A DNA stretch of 64,000 nt, taken from IMG/VR virus record IMGVR_UViG_3300046167_000447, positions 1,575-65,574 of that record; one strand, given 5' to 3'. Both the position numbers and the translations under genes were made by a program. Each line of letters begins with the position of its first letter. The first letter of the stretch is position 1. The DNA is from a virus. Lineage: Duplodnaviria; Caudoviricetes. The notes under the pieces were generated by a model. That model searched no databases, had not been told where the DNA came from, and saw nothing but the letters and a program-made list of their open reading frames with translations. This document shows positions 27,601 to 39,729 of this stretch, in pieces.

Positions 27601-30600
27601 CTAACAGATTTATATCCCAACGCTTTTAGTATAGCTTTGGTTACTTTGTTAGGATTGGCTTTTATAGGGTCTACTATTACTGAAGCCGTCCCTACAGGTT
27701 CTACCCATTCTATTTGAGCAGAAGGCATAGAAAGCATCATTTGTGTATACTTCTCTACCTCCGACCTATCGTCTAATATTTTTTGTTTCTTTAAATCAGG
27801 GGAGTCTCTGTTATCGTGGTCTTCTTCGGTAGCTGTAGGTATGTAGTCTCCTGTACTCATGTCAAATACACCAAACTCTTTTCTTTTCTTACCTAGTCTT
27901 ACTGCCGTATCTCTGTTGTCATATACCTCAGATACATCTAAATAGAACATACCGTTCTCAGAGTTGAACCATCCGCCTATAGCTGCGATTGGGTTTTTTA
28001 AAGCTCGTTCGATTATTTTTTCTATAACTTCAGTCGCAATATTAACTACACCACCAAATCCTACGGACACTTCACCTTTAGCGTCACCAACAGCAACGCC
28101 TTTAGTCATGAACTCTCCTGTTATTGGGTCTATAGTAAACCCTTCGGATTTGTTTTCAATCTCTTTTTGAACTTTTTCTATTGTCTTTTTTCTAGCCTCC
28201 TCAGACTGAACTCGTTTAGTATATCCTTTGCTGTCTGCGATTTTATAAGCCTCTGTGATGGCGTTGGTTAAGAAACTTGAAGCAACATCAGCGTTAGGAC
28301 TACTTGTGTCTACTGAATCCAAAGCTGTTTCTAGCAACTCAATGTATTCGTCTATGTTGTTAACAGCACCGAATCTTCCGTCTAACGCAGAGTAAGACAT
28401 CTTGTCTAACCTCATGTACAACGAAGAAGGTATAGCTCCTTTTACAGCATTTAATATGGATTTAGCTTGTGCGTTTACGGCTTTCCTAGAGTCGGTAGCT
28501 TCTACTACTTCCGTCTCGATGTCGTAAAGATTAACGGGGTCAAACTCAACGTAAGGTGCTACTTCCAATTTAGAGACTGTTTGTGCTCTAACTTTGGTAG
28601 AAGTCCAAGGAGTAACAACCATTTTGTACCCCTTCGCAGCAGCCATCTTAGACGCTAGAGCATAAACTGTATTATCTGATGCGGCTTTTCCTTGCTCCTT
28701 TAGCTGAGCCTTTGCTTTTTTTACAAAACCCTCAGAGTCATCAACGGCATTGTATACCTCGTTAGGGTTTATTTCAACCATATAGGTGTATTCTCCCGCT
28801 ACATCTATGTCATTTGGGTTAACACCATACATAGACAAAGAAACGCCTGCTAATCCAACGTCACGACGCTCTTCTGAGCTAGTTAAGTGGTTCTTACCAA
28901 AGTATTGAGGGTCTACGTTAGTTAGTTTTTTACCTGAAACATGAGAGAAAACAAAGTTACCATTTTTATTCATCTGCATCTTGTCTGTAATAGTAGAGTT
29001 TTCCATAGACCAATTGTCTCCTAGAATCTCTTGTTCAGACATACTCTGCTGAATTGGACGCTTGTTGTTTTCTGAGTCTTGCTTTAACTGCTTAAAGAAG
29101 CCAACGGCTGTCTTAGGGTTTTTTGATGCCCAAGTTTCATCTCCTGTTAGTTCAGTTCCGCTTCTTAGGTTACCCGCTTCTGTTTCCAAGAAGCTAACAA
29201 AATCCTTGAACGTAGGGAGTTTTTTGCCTTTCATGAGCCCTGCTCCTTGAATGATTTTAAATACCTGTCCCATAGCCATTGATGCTACAGATGTCCCCAC
29301 GCCTTCTATGCTTATAGCTCCTGTTGCAACGTCAGCTAACATTTCGACGAACATTTCCTCAAACATTAGCTTTTTGTCGCCTTTGTATTGCTGACCAAAG
29401 TCTTTGTATTTTTTAGCTAACTCTTCATCCATTCCCGCTATAGCAGCTTCTACAAACTTTTCTCTGTATTTTGGGTCAATTGTTTCAGCAATCTTGTGGA
29501 ATGCCTCGTGGTAGGATGTATTTTCCATAGCGGCAGGCAAGAAGATGTGAACGCTTCCGTCCTTTCCGTTGTATATACCCGCAGAGTCTTCAACTTCGCT
29601 TTTATCTACACCAAGAGACTTAGCCATAGACTCGTAAGAATCATGGACTTGAACCTTGGCTTTTTTACCTAACGCTTTCTTTATATTCTTTAAACCTTCT
29701 AGAATCTTTATTCCTTTTGTGTCTGTGTTTTCGTCAATTTCTAAACTTCCTGACTCGCCATAATCAAAGTTTTTAACAGCTTCTCTCTGTTCTTGAACAG
29801 ACTTGACCTGACCTTCGTACTTAGCTTCAATAGACTGAATTGCTTTTAGGGCAGCTTTTGCTTCTGCACGGGCAGCGTCTTTTTCTTTTCTTCCTTCCGC
29901 TTTCTTATATTTAAGCATAGCGTTTTGGAATTTCTGATTCTCTTTGATTGTGTTTTCAGCATCTTCGTCTGAGTATTCAGAGTAGACATCATCCATGTCT
30001 CTCTTTAGGTTTAACTCTATCTTAGTCAGTGACTTTAACTTAGATTCTATTTGAGTTCTACGAACACTATCTGTAGTTTTTGCTAATTCTTTAGCTAACT
30101 TTTGTTTTTGTCCTTTTATTTTAACTAAGTTTTTTCTAATCCCACCGAACCCTAGCGATGACGCTGTTGCAGTTATGGTTTCGTTTACAGCACGGAATCC
30201 TCTAGATTTAGCACCCGCACCAAAACCTACAATCATGCCGTCAATGACTTCAAACAAATTCATTTCTTCGTCGTTGATAACACGGTGTAGGAACTGAGAG
30301 CCTATTCCTGCAATCATCTCCTCCATACCTTCTTCTAAACCACTTTCTAAAACTTGAACACCTGTTCTTTGAGCGTGTTCAGTAGCCATCCTTCTAAACT
30401 CTTTACTCATAAGACCTTTCTTAAAGAAATCTCTACGTATAACGTCTAGACTAACGCCTTTGTATTGTTTTTTGGTTAAAGCCATCATGTCATCAGGGAA
30501 AGCTCGTTCAGAAAGAGTCTCCACAAGAGCGTCTCCAAATGCCATCACATAACGCTTATGGTCATCAACTAATCCATAATACTGAGCTGAAGTACCGCCA

Positions 30601-31790
30601 AAGGTATTAAGACCCATTACACCCGCACTAACCCACATGGACGCTGATGCACTCAATCCTAAGCCACCTGTACCTGCCGCTATAGCAGCCTGCATCATTA
30701 ACTGAGGAGCTGTTTGCGCTAACTGAGTTCCAAGCATAGCTGAAAAAGCGTTCCAATTACCTTCCTTGAGGTTTCTAGATAAGCCTTTTTCAATTTCTTC
30801 ATCTGTAAGACCTTCTATCTTGTAGGATGCTTGAGTACGTGTTCCGTCTTGATAAAGATTGTATTGAGATTGCTCAGGATTCCACAGACCCATAAACCTA
30901 AATCCAATACTACGAGCACCTGTCCATAAGTCGTATGCAACTTCTTGAACTTCGTTTTTTTGAGCTAGTTTGCCCATTTCCTCAGTGAATCTGCGCTCAT
31001 CATCCTCTAGAACTTCCTGCATTTTTATGCTGTATTGCCCGTAAGCAATTGGATTAATTCTCATTATTCCATTCTCATCTTCTTCAAAGAATGAATTTTC
31101 TGATTCGGGGAATGCCTCTTTGTACTTCTCGTTTATATCATCAGAGAGCCCAAATTGACGAAAATTGTAATCAAGCATCTCGTCCATAGAAGCGCCCGAT
31201 TCAATCATTCTTTTCGTCTCTTTCTTGACTTCGACTAAATTTTCCCCGACAGCCTCACCGAGCTCTTCTTTCCTTGCTTGAATTTGAGCGTAAGTCGGGT
31301 CTTCTTGCCGCCTACCCATGTCAATACCATATATAAATTCAGCAAATTTTACGTCGCTGTCTATAGTAGAAATATCCTCTATTCCGTCCTTTATTCCTTG
31401 TTCTATCTCGAAGGCTGTCATAACATCAGCCCCAAGGTCTCTAATTCTGTTAATGGATACTACTCTTGACTTTTCAGCCGAAGTAGCATCCAAGTCTGAT
31501 TCTGTAGAACTTCCGTCCTGACCTCCATCCGAGGGAGAGACCTGTGAATTTTCCGAATCCAATCCCGAAGATAACGGAGAATTGGAATTTTTTTTTTGAG
31601 CTCCTTGAAACCCTACAAGGGTATTGAAGTCTCCTTCATTTTTTTTATAACCATCAGACTGAGCTAACGAATACATTTTACTAACAGCGTCTTTGTTAGT
31701 TTTCATTAGAGTTTTAAACTCTTCTAAGGATTTATCGTATCCGTCTTTTTTCGCAAGACTATATAGCGTCTCTAGTGCCTTCTCGTTCAT
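21614..31790 (-). CDS. Giant internal virion/ejection protein (about 3390 aa) split by one frameshift near 25425; zincin-like domains
   Basis: The 2126 aa and 1255 aa ORFs join in frame if one A is removed from CTAAAAGGAC; HEAFH motif. Confidence 0.7.
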
Positions 31791-31817
31791 CTGATGTCAT
31801 CATTTGGTTTATGATGT

Positions 31818-31829
31818 TACAAATATACG
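31818..31829 (-). promoter_or_regulatory. Bacteroidota -7 promoter element
   Basis: CGTATATTTGTA on - strand (TAnnTTTG). Confidence 0.65.
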
Positions 31830-31851
31830 AAAAAACTATTTAAAAACAAAG

Positions 31852-33360
31852 TTAGTAATCACCCATTGTTCCACTACTTTCCCCCTTGTCTTCGTTGTCT
31901 TTGTTTAGCCCTTCTTGAGCTCTTCTTGCTTCATTGAAGGCAAGCTGTTGCATAGCGTTTAATTGACCTTGAGGTATGTCTCCTTTCATTGTCCCTAAAG
32001 GCACAGGCGTTAATGTGTAGTCTACTAGGTTAAATATATCCTCAGGACTCATATTATCGTTTTCTCTTAGGGCTATTATTTGAGCAAGTTCACCTTCAGC
32101 GGGCACTCTAGTGTTTAATAAGAATTCACGAGTTCCTTTAACTAGTTCTCCTTTTTCGTTAAACTCAGCATCCTTAGAGAGAACACAGGTAATACCTTCG
32201 TAATAAACAGCATTCTTTCCTTTCCCTATGGACTTGAGTGTTCCTCCCTTTGTAGAGGCTTTACCTAAAGCCATATCTGACATACCTTCTACATCAGGGA
32301 CTTTACTTAAATCAGCTCCTTCTCCTAAGAGACCCTCAAAGCTATAAGCAGCGTTTATACCATAGTCTGAGCCGTCTTCTCCTGTTGTTGCTCCTGTGGC
32401 TCTTCCTTCTTGTGTTCTGTCTCTAACTTCAGCTTTTTCTACTAGCGTGTTAACCCATCTTTCTCTACCAAAGTTGTCAATATCCTGAGGAAGATTAAAA
32501 AGGTCTTTAACTCTTCTCATTTCAGCGGGATTGGCTTTTAGGTATGGGTCTTTTTCAATGTTTTCAATTTTTTCGTACTCAGCTATGATGTCTTTAGACT
32601 GATTCAACATATTATTCATTTCTGTAACATCCTCGTCCGTAAACCTGTCTATATCTCCAAATCTTTTTTGGAAGTAGGCTTCTTCAACGACCTTTTGATT
32701 GGTTGGTGACTTTGTAAATTCATCATATAGAGAGTTAGCCTTTGCTTCAGCTTTGTCTTTTTGAAAACGAGTAACAGAAGTGCCTTTTTCGTCTGTGTGT
32801 TGATAAGTGCCCATTTCCCTTACTAGAACTACGTCTTGAAGAGCCATTTCGTTTAAACTGCTCGGAGCAATGTCTTTCTTGGGTATGTACTGATAACTAT
32901 CCTCTCTAGCTATAAAGTCCTTGTCTTTAGACAGAGCTGTTTCTTTTCTCCTAGTTTCCCATTCTCCTCTGTAGTACGCAGGGTCATCAGATGCGGTTAT
33001 TACCTCTAAAGTTCGGAAGTCTTGCTCGTTAATCATTTGAGACTCTTTAATCTGTCTAGAAAGAGTTGATTGTAATTCTAGTGCTCTTTGTGCATCAGCA
33101 GGGTCTTCAGACAACTGAGCCTTAGTAGCAGCTTCCATGTATTCATCTTTTGAAGCCTCTAAAAATTCTTTATCTACGTCTCTGACCATTGTAACCTCAG
33201 GCTTTTCTTGAAGTTTAGAGCCATATTGAGTCTTAAATTTCTGAGACTTCTTTTCTCTCTTAGCTTCATTCATAGCGTCTAATTGCAAACCAAATTCTGC
33301 AATTCCACTAAAATCAAATACTGTTTGGTCTAAACCAAGACCTGTAGTTCCGTTAGCCAT
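31852..33360 (-). CDS. Internal virion protein
   Basis: 502 aa; position among ejection-type genes. Confidence 0.6.
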   Translation of the reverse strand: MANGTTGLGLDQTVFDFSGIAEFGLQLDAMNEAKREKKSQKFKTQYGSKLQEKPEVTMVRDVDKEFLEASKDEYMEAATKAQLSEDPADAQRALELQSTLSRQIKESQMINEQDFRTLEVITASDDPAYYRGEWETRRKETALSKDKDFIAREDSYQYIPKKDIAPSSLNEMALQDVVLVREMGTYQHTDEKGTSVTRFQKDKAEAKANSLYDEFTKSPTNQKVVEEAYFQKRFGDIDRFTDEDVTEMNNMLNQSKDIIAEYEKIENIEKDPYLKANPAEMRRVKDLFNLPQDIDNFGRERWVNTLVEKAEVRDRTQEGRATGATTGEDGSDYGINAAYSFEGLLGEGADLSKVPDVEGMSDMALGKASTKGGTLKSIGKGKNAVYYEGITCVLSKDAEFNEKGELVKGTREFLLNTRVPAEGELAQIIALRENDNMSPEDIFNLVDYTLTPVPLGTMKGDIPQGQLNAMQQLAFNEARRAQEGLNKDNEDKGESSGTMGDY

Positions 33361-33393
33361 TATCCCGTGTTCTGTTTTTAGTAATTAAATTGG

Positions 33394-34158
33394 TTACTTA
33401 AATCTCTTTTGTTTAAGAAGGTTTCTGAAGAATTTAGACTCTTTTGAAATAGACTTGGCTTGTTTTGGGTTAAGTATATACTCACCTCCTGTAGCTTCAC
33501 CTGTTACGTTTCCTTCCTTGTCTACTAGGTAAAGTGGATTTGAATCATGCGAAAACTCGCCTTTAGTCTTCATTCCGTTTTTAGCTTCCTTAAACTCATC
33601 GTAAGATGTACCCGCAGCCATAGCTCCTTTTGCAGCAGAGCTTATTCCTCCACCGATATTAGCTAATGCGGCTTGTTTTGCAGCGTTAGCTTGACCGTAT
33701 TGCATTTGGAATCTTTGCTCCCTCATTTGTTGATTTGCTGCTTGCGCTCCACCAAGAACCTGTAGTCCTTGCATCTCTCTTTGTCTTTGTGCGTCTTGTG
33801 CAGTAATTTCAGCAGTGTTAGCGGCAGTAACCTGACTCTGAAGACCACCCAATAAAGCACGACCACCTGCCTTGCTTAGAGCGTCTGTAGATGTAGCCAA
33901 CCTTCTGTTGATAGCTTCAGTCTGAGCTCTTAACGCTGACTTGTCCATAGCTTTCTGAGCGTACTCAGTGTAAGCAGACGGTAATGTTAACTCAGGGGCA
34001 TCAGCTAACAGCCTATTCATAGCTGCGTTAGCTTTTTTTGCTTGACCTATTCCGTATATAGTCTGACCGATACCCGCTACTCCTTGTACCGCTCCACCGA
34101 TTATACCGCCAACATTGTACTTCTTTATTTTACCTTCTTGAGATTTCTTGATTTTCAT
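33394..34158 (-). CDS. Internal virion/pilot-like protein
   Basis: Gly/Ala/Gln-rich; EATGGEYILNP segment. Confidence 0.65.
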   Translation of the reverse strand: MKIKKSQEGKIKKYNVGGIIGGAVQGVAGIGQTIYGIGQAKKANAAMNRLLADAPELTLPSAYTEYAQKAMDKSALRAQTEAINRRLATSTDALSKAGGRALLGGLQSQVTAANTAEITAQDAQRQREMQGLQVLGGAQAANQQMREQRFQMQYGQANAAKQAALANIGGGISSAAKGAMAAGTSYDEFKEAKNGMKTKGEFSHDSNPLYLVDKEGNVTGEATGGEYILNPKQAKSISKESKFFRNLLKQKRFK

Positions 34159-34161
34159 ATT

Positions 34162-34173
34162 TGCAAATATACG
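34162..34173 (-). promoter_or_regulatory. -7 promoter element 5 nt before ATG (possible leaderless mRNA)
   Basis: CGTATATTTGCAAATATG on - strand. Confidence 0.65.
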
Positions 34174-34178
34174 AATTA

Positions 34179-37100
34179 TTACTGACTTGCGTCGTTATTA
34201 TGTAGGTTGCTTTCAGCTACAGAGGCATTTACTGCAAATACCTCTATATCCTTTACATCATCAAATGTAAACTTAGCTGTAGAGTAAGAACCCCTCATTG
34301 GCTCTCCGTCTATAACTCCTTCTCCTGATATCGCTACTATTGTATCAAGGGACAGATTAGAAGCGTTAACAAAGGACAAAGTGTAAGCATCAACCACTCC
34401 GCTAACAGAAGTTCCTGCAACAGAAGTGTATGTACTTCCTGACTGAACAAAAGCATCGCCACCTAATTTAAAAGGTATTCTGTTTACTCTATTTTGGAAT
34501 GTTACATTGTCTCCGTTTATACTAGCGACCTTACCAACAACTATTTTGTTAAAATCAGAGTCTGACCTACCTACCTTGGTATAATACTCACCCTCTCTAA
34601 GTTTAAATGATTCTTGTGGTATTGTAAGGTTTTGGTTATTAGATGTAGTTATTTCAACGTCAGCGTCAGCAGTACCCTCTATACTTAAAGCATGAAACAC
34701 TTTGTTCAAGCTAGGTGACTGATTAAACGACACCTTAAAATAAGCGTCTTCTTGGTTTCCGTAAAAGTTTCCTTTAGTGTTGTTTGTATTTTGTTCCCAA
34801 GCATCGTCATCTCTAAATGAAAAGAATCTAAGTCCTAGTGTTCCAAAGTACGGAGCGGCAACAGAGCTCTTTGAAGTAAACTTGTCTAGCTGCTTAGAGT
34901 AAACTATTGACTCTGAGTATGATGTAAGCGGAAGATTCTGTAATGAAAAGTACACCTCGTCATTATCTTTGTCTACTCCTACGCTAACAAAGTAACCATT
35001 AGCATCTTCAAGCATAGAGCTCGTTCTTTCGTTTATCCAAGAATCTACTCCTAAGTCGTTAAGAACCTTTACGCCTTGTTGTGTTATGGCTACAATCTTA
35101 GAACGTGTTACATCTACTAGATATACAGTTCCGTCGTCGTTTAGGAAAGCTGTTCTGTTTTCGTTAATCCCAAAGTTTCCTGAGTAATGTTGCTGAAGAC
35201 CTAAAATATCCGTAGACTGAGTTACAAGCTCAGAACCTGTTCCTGTAGCAAGTATTTGGCGACTTAGAGGAACTCTAGAAACCTTGTCAGACTGAAGTAT
35301 CATTATGCTATCAGACATATCTACAAGACCGTAAATACCACCATAGTTCATTTCGTAGTCTGCAAAATTAGCTAGACTAGCGTTGAATGATGACAAGTTA
35401 TTCTGAGCATTGTCTGCTAATTGAGGCTCTGAATAAGTTATAGAAGATATTCTATTTTGCTCTACCTCAGAGTTCAACACAGCATACGGTTTACCTCCTA
35501 AGTCTCCTATAGTTGATTTGTCTAGGTCGCTATACTGCTGAGATTCAACAAAAGCATAAGAATTAATTAATCTATTTCCTCCTGACTTGAATTGGATTTG
35601 TCTTCTTTTGTACCAAGCGTTACCTTCTGTTAAAGTCTGCGTAGTACTACCTATATCAGAGACATTGTATTTTTGTGACAATGCTCTGTATATTTTTGTT
35701 TCATTTTCTTTCTTAGGGGTAAATACCTCTACTAAAACATTGTCCTCCCAAAGGTTATCGTCTGTTCCTACATAAGCAACGCCGAATCCTTCGTGGTTAG
35801 CATTTTCTAAAACCAAAAAACTACCCGTTCCTTGGAAATCATTATCTGAACTAAGAGCACCGCTTTCGTTGTTTGTATACACACCCGAAACATCAAAGAC
35901 ATATTCGTCAGGATATGTTTTACTTGTTTCCCCATGGGAGAGTATACGTAGCTTGTCCCCTTTCGAAAAGCCTGTGTTTAAATCCCCTCCTCTAGAGTTT
36001 ATGGACTGACCATTTCCTTCTATGCTCCTTAAAGCAACAAAAATAGAATCCTCGCTAAATTGCTCTTTTACATTGTCAGAAACCGCAGTTACCGCTTCAG
36101 AAACACCAAACTGCAAGTAACTATCTATACTGCTGCCTCCTCCGTAAACGTAGAAAAATTTACTTAAAGATGGGTCTAAATTAGAGACGGTCAAGGTTGA
36201 ATCTATACTAGCAGAGCCTTTGCTGCCTGCTGCTCTAGAGCCTATTCCTTCTATTTCAATGCTATCTAATTCGTAAACACCTGTAGTTCTTCCCAATTGG
36301 TCTTCAAAAACCACACCAATTGAGTGAGACTCGTTGGCTTTAAATGTCTTGTTACTTATGTTAGCTAGATATGCTATAGTGTTATTAGCTCCGTAGTCAA
36401 AACCTGAGACAGTTGTTGCTCCTGATTCAGAAACACTTGCCGAGTATCCATCAGCAACAGTGTAATCAGAAGGGGTAGAACCGCCTCCTGTTCTTTCACG
36501 AACTTCGGAAGAATTTAATTTGTAAGCAATTATATCGTTTTCTATTGAAACACCGTTTGTATCTACTACTGCTGTAATTTCAATTACAGCAAACCCTTCC
36601 CATTTAAAAGCCCAATCCGTATGGTAGTCTATAAGGGAAGAGCTAGGTATACCTATCGTAAATTGCAGTCCATCAAGCTGTGCAGCCATTTTAGTTTTAA
36701 AGTCAGCTATGGTAGATGGGTTTTTAACGATAATGCTTGCTGATATACTAGTTCCTTTTATTACTCTAAATTGAGGGTTTGACGTAACGGTGGCAGCGAC
36801 AGTGTTGGTTTCATCTTTTATATTAAATGACGGAGCTGTTGATGTTGACACAATGTAATACCCTAGAGATGTGTCACCTAGAGTGTAGTCCACAATTACA
36901 TTTACATCCTCTCCTGTTCCGACAAGTGAGCTAATGTTAGTAGTGCTTAAAATAATTTCAGTAGAAGCTCCTGATGTTACGCTTATTGGCATTGTTTCTC
37001 CAATAGTCTCGTCAGAGTAGTTTGCTGCTAATGTTGAACTAACCGTAGCTTTATCAAACCCTTCTGTATAATTTCCGTAAAACAGCCTATTTGAACTTAT

Positions 37101-38039
37101 TGTTTGAGCCTTAGCCTTCTTGGGTACTAGGTCTTGCAGTTTATTGTAGTCGTTATCAGAAACCTGTGTGTAAACTCCGTCATTATAAAAATTTATACCT
37201 GTCACAAGTTCTGAGTAAGTAAACTCTCCAATCCTGAACATTGTGTTGTCATAAACATCCCTGAAATAAACACGAATATTAGGCACTAAAGATGCACCTA
37301 TCCCGATTATAGACGTTTGTTGTATTTTTATGCTATTGGAGTTATTATCTTCTGTTTTTGTGTCACTTATGGATTCGGATAATGTGTTTGCAGCACATAA
37401 GTTACCACTGTATTGACCAATTGCAGAAACCTCACCATCTGCATAAACATACTGAAGGGCAAACTGAAAAGACTTTCCTTTTATGTTATTTGTACTTATG
37501 CTTGAGTCGGTTTGAAAGGTTACCGTGGGTGACAATGGAGAGACTTTCATTACAGCAGACTCAGTTGTAGAAGACGGGTAAGTGCCCACTACTAAACTAG
37601 TGTCTACGTTTATCTTTTGTGGCTCTTCAACACCGTCAGTAAAATACAAGAACAGGTCTCCGTTAATAACCATTCCGTCAATGTGTAGAGGCTCTCCTGA
37701 AAGAAGAATATTAGCAGACTCAATAATTTTAACAAAAGAGTTGCTAGATTGCTCTAGTTCGTAAACTGTATTTATACCTAAACTGTTATAAACAAAAACA
37801 AAAAACCTGTTAGTCCCTTCATGTTCGTAAGTGCCTACTATCTTGTTTGTACTTCCTGTGGTTGTGTTTCCTAAAGCACCAAGAGAAGTATTGCCGTCTA
37901 CATTCTTAACAACACCTGCATCTCCGTTGTCTTCCGCTGTTATACGAATGTTAAGAGCATCAGACATTTCAGTTGTCTGTAATACTCTTTCGTCGCTATC
38001 TGTATTTAAGTAACGTGGTGTGTTTTTTATAGTAGCCAT
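34179..38039 (-). CDS. Tail stabilization/nozzle-type protein
   Basis: LNTDSDER, DALNIR and NRLFYGNY motifs of Bacteroidota podophage tail proteins. Confidence 0.75.
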   Translation of the reverse strand: MATIKNTPRYLNTDSDERVLQTTEMSDALNIRITAEDNGDAGVVKNVDGNTSLGALGNTTTGSTNKIVGTYEHEGTNRFFVFVYNSLGINTVYELEQSSNSFVKIIESANILLSGEPLHIDGMVINGDLFLYFTDGVEEPQKINVDTSLVVGTYPSSTTESAVMKVSPLSPTVTFQTDSSISTNNIKGKSFQFALQYVYADGEVSAIGQYSGNLCAANTLSESISDTKTEDNNSNSIKIQQTSIIGIGASLVPNIRVYFRDVYDNTMFRIGEFTYSELVTGINFYNDGVYTQVSDNDYNKLQDLVPKKAKAQTISSNRLFYGNYTEGFDKATVSSTLAANYSDETIGETMPISVTSGASTEIILSTTNISSLVGTGEDVNVIVDYTLGDTSLGYYIVSTSTAPSFNIKDETNTVAATVTSNPQFRVIKGTSISASIIVKNPSTIADFKTKMAAQLDGLQFTIGIPSSSLIDYHTDWAFKWEGFAVIEITAVVDTNGVSIENDIIAYKLNSSEVRERTGGGSTPSDYTVADGYSASVSESGATTVSGFDYGANNTIAYLANISNKTFKANESHSIGVVFEDQLGRTTGVYELDSIEIEGIGSRAAGSKGSASIDSTLTVSNLDPSLSKFFYVYGGGSSIDSYLQFGVSEAVTAVSDNVKEQFSEDSIFVALRSIEGNGQSINSRGGDLNTGFSKGDKLRILSHGETSKTYPDEYVFDVSGVYTNNESGALSSDNDFQGTGSFLVLENANHEGFGVAYVGTDDNLWEDNVLVEVFTPKKENETKIYRALSQKYNVSDIGSTTQTLTEGNAWYKRRQIQFKSGGNRLINSYAFVESQQYSDLDKSTIGDLGGKPYAVLNSEVEQNRISSITYSEPQLADNAQNNLSSFNASLANFADYEMNYGGIYGLVDMSDSIMILQSDKVSRVPLSRQILATGTGSELVTQSTDILGLQQHYSGNFGINENRTAFLNDDGTVYLVDVTRSKIVAITQQGVKVLNDLGVDSWINERTSSMLEDANGYFVSVGVDKDNDEVYFSLQNLPLTSYSESIVYSKQLDKFTSKSSVAAPYFGTLGLRFFSFRDDDAWEQNTNNTKGNFYGNQEDAYFKVSFNQSPSLNKVFHALSIEGTADADVEITTSNNQNLTIPQESFKLREGEYYTKVGRSDSDFNKIVVGKVASINGDNVTFQNRVNRIPFKLGGDAFVQSGSTYTSVAGTSVSGVVDAYTLSFVNASNLSLDTIVAISGEGVIDGEPMRGSYSTAKFTFDDVKDIEVFAVNASVAESNLHNNDASQ

Positions 38040-38042
38040 TTA

Positions 38043-38849
38043 TTAAAATTTAGGAGATTGCTTAGTGTTCTTTCTGATTGTGTAAAGAGCTTCTTCTTTA
38101 GTAAACTTCTTCAATCTAGCATTAGCGCGTCTCAATTCGTTAAAATACTCTGCACGAGCACGTTGTTTTTCTACAGCAGGTACATTAGACTTGCGTTGGA
38201 TAACCTTCAAGTACATATACTGACGTAGAGCCTCCTCTGTGTATACATGGATAGAAGGATTTGTTTCTAAAGCTGCGTCAGCGATATACTCTACAATTAT
38301 TTCCTCAGCACCATTATTACTAGGTAATTCTATTCTGTTTTGGTCGTAGTTTATTCTGAACTCGTTTCTAGCGTGAGCTCCTCCATATCCATACCAACGA
38401 CCCTGTATGCTGTCGTATAAGTATCTAGCGTTTATGAAATCGTCAGCTATGATACCTGTAGGAGATTCACCAACAGTCTTAGCGTCTTCTCTTTCATACA
38501 CCCCGTCGCCGTCTGAGTCTACAGGATTACCGTCTGCATCTAGACAGTAGGTCATAGCCATGTTGATGTTGTTGTTTTCTTTGTACGTATAGACTAGACC
38601 GTTCTGAACTTCCCCTATCTTCTTGTAGTCTACAAAATCATCAGGTAGTTCAACTGTGTTTAACGTAGAGTTAACCTGCAAAGTAACAGACTTGATTCTA
38701 CGCATTATGTCAAAACCTAGTTCACGAGCTCCACGAAGAGCTAAATTCCTTAAATGGTAATCAGGCACGTTAGAAGCGTAATCATCTTCTGAAGTTCCTA
38801 ACATAAAGTCATTAACGACTTGTTCTATTGTAACTAAGTTTCTAGCCAT
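38043..38849 (-). CDS. Tail tubular/ring protein
   Basis: ELPDDFVDY motif; synteny. Confidence 0.65.
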   Translation of the reverse strand: MARNLVTIEQVVNDFMLGTSEDDYASNVPDYHLRNLALRGARELGFDIMRRIKSVTLQVNSTLNTVELPDDFVDYKKIGEVQNGLVYTYKENNNINMAMTYCLDADGNPVDSDGDGVYEREDAKTVGESPTGIIADDFINARYLYDSIQGRWYGYGGAHARNEFRINYDQNRIELPSNNGAEEIIVEYIADAALETNPSIHVYTEEALRQYMYLKVIQRKSNVPAVEKQRARAEYFNELRRANARLKKFTKEEALYTIRKNTKQSPKF

Positions 38850-39623
38850 TATTCGTATCTTTTATTGGTTTCTTCAGACTGAGTGTATTGGAATACATCA
38901 GCTTGACGCAGACTAACTCCCATCATTTTAGCTATTTCTAAGACTAGCTCAGGAACGTAATGGTCAGGTAGCTCAAAGTCTACAGTTGTGTTTATATCGT
39001 AAACCTCTTGGTTAGAAGCACTTACAGTGTATCCGAACTTAGGCTGCGAAGCTGTCTGAGCTCCCGTCAATGGATTAACCCCTTCAGGAGTTTTGTAGTA
39101 TCTGAGTCTAATGTTCTCTATGCTAGTAGGAAATACTAGTATGTCTCTAGACACTAAAGCTACAGGTGTATCGATTGTAGGTGCTGACAAACTAGAACGA
39201 AGAATCATATCTAGCTTTGCTTCATCATATACGATATCAATATGTTTTGTTTCTCTGTTTTTAACAGTTAATGTGGTCTCGTCTAGGTATTGGTCATCAT
39301 TTGTCGTCATAGAGATGATTCTAGCCATGTCTACGGGCTTTTCAAACAATCCTGAGGTGGATGTATCAACTGCAATAGTTAAGGTCTTAGAAAAGACGCT
39401 AATGTCTTCTTGTAATTGCTTTACTCTGTTCTTATCTCCACCACCGTCAACTTGACGTAATGAATTCTTTTTGTTTAGCTGAAACTCTTTAAATATGTCG
39501 TTAAACACTTTTACCTTGAGCGTGTGCTGCAAACGCATTAAACTGAGACGGAGATACCATACCTCTAGCATCCTTGTTAGCCAAGTCTCTAATAACGCTA
39601 TATACTTCAAATACTGATGCCAT
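38849..39623 (-). CDS. Head-tail ring/adaptor protein with a frameshift near 39515
   Basis: Start MASVFEVYSVIRDLANKDARG at 39623 joins QVKVFNDIF after removal of one base. Confidence 0.65.
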
Positions 39624-39638
39624 AATTATTACTTATGA

Positions 39639-39650
39639 TGCAAATATACG
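39639..39650 (-). promoter_or_regulatory. -7 promoter element
   Basis: CGTATATTTGCA on - strand. Confidence 0.65.
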
Positions 39651-39673
39651 AAATTATAGCTAGACGATAGCAA

Positions 39674-39705
39674 CAAAAAAGAGCGAGACGTTAGCCCCAC
39701 TCTTT
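39674..39705 (-). terminator. Terminator
   Basis: Hairpin with A run on + strand. Confidence 0.45.
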
Positions 39706-39729
39706 CGTTATTTGTCTATGTAATGTCTA

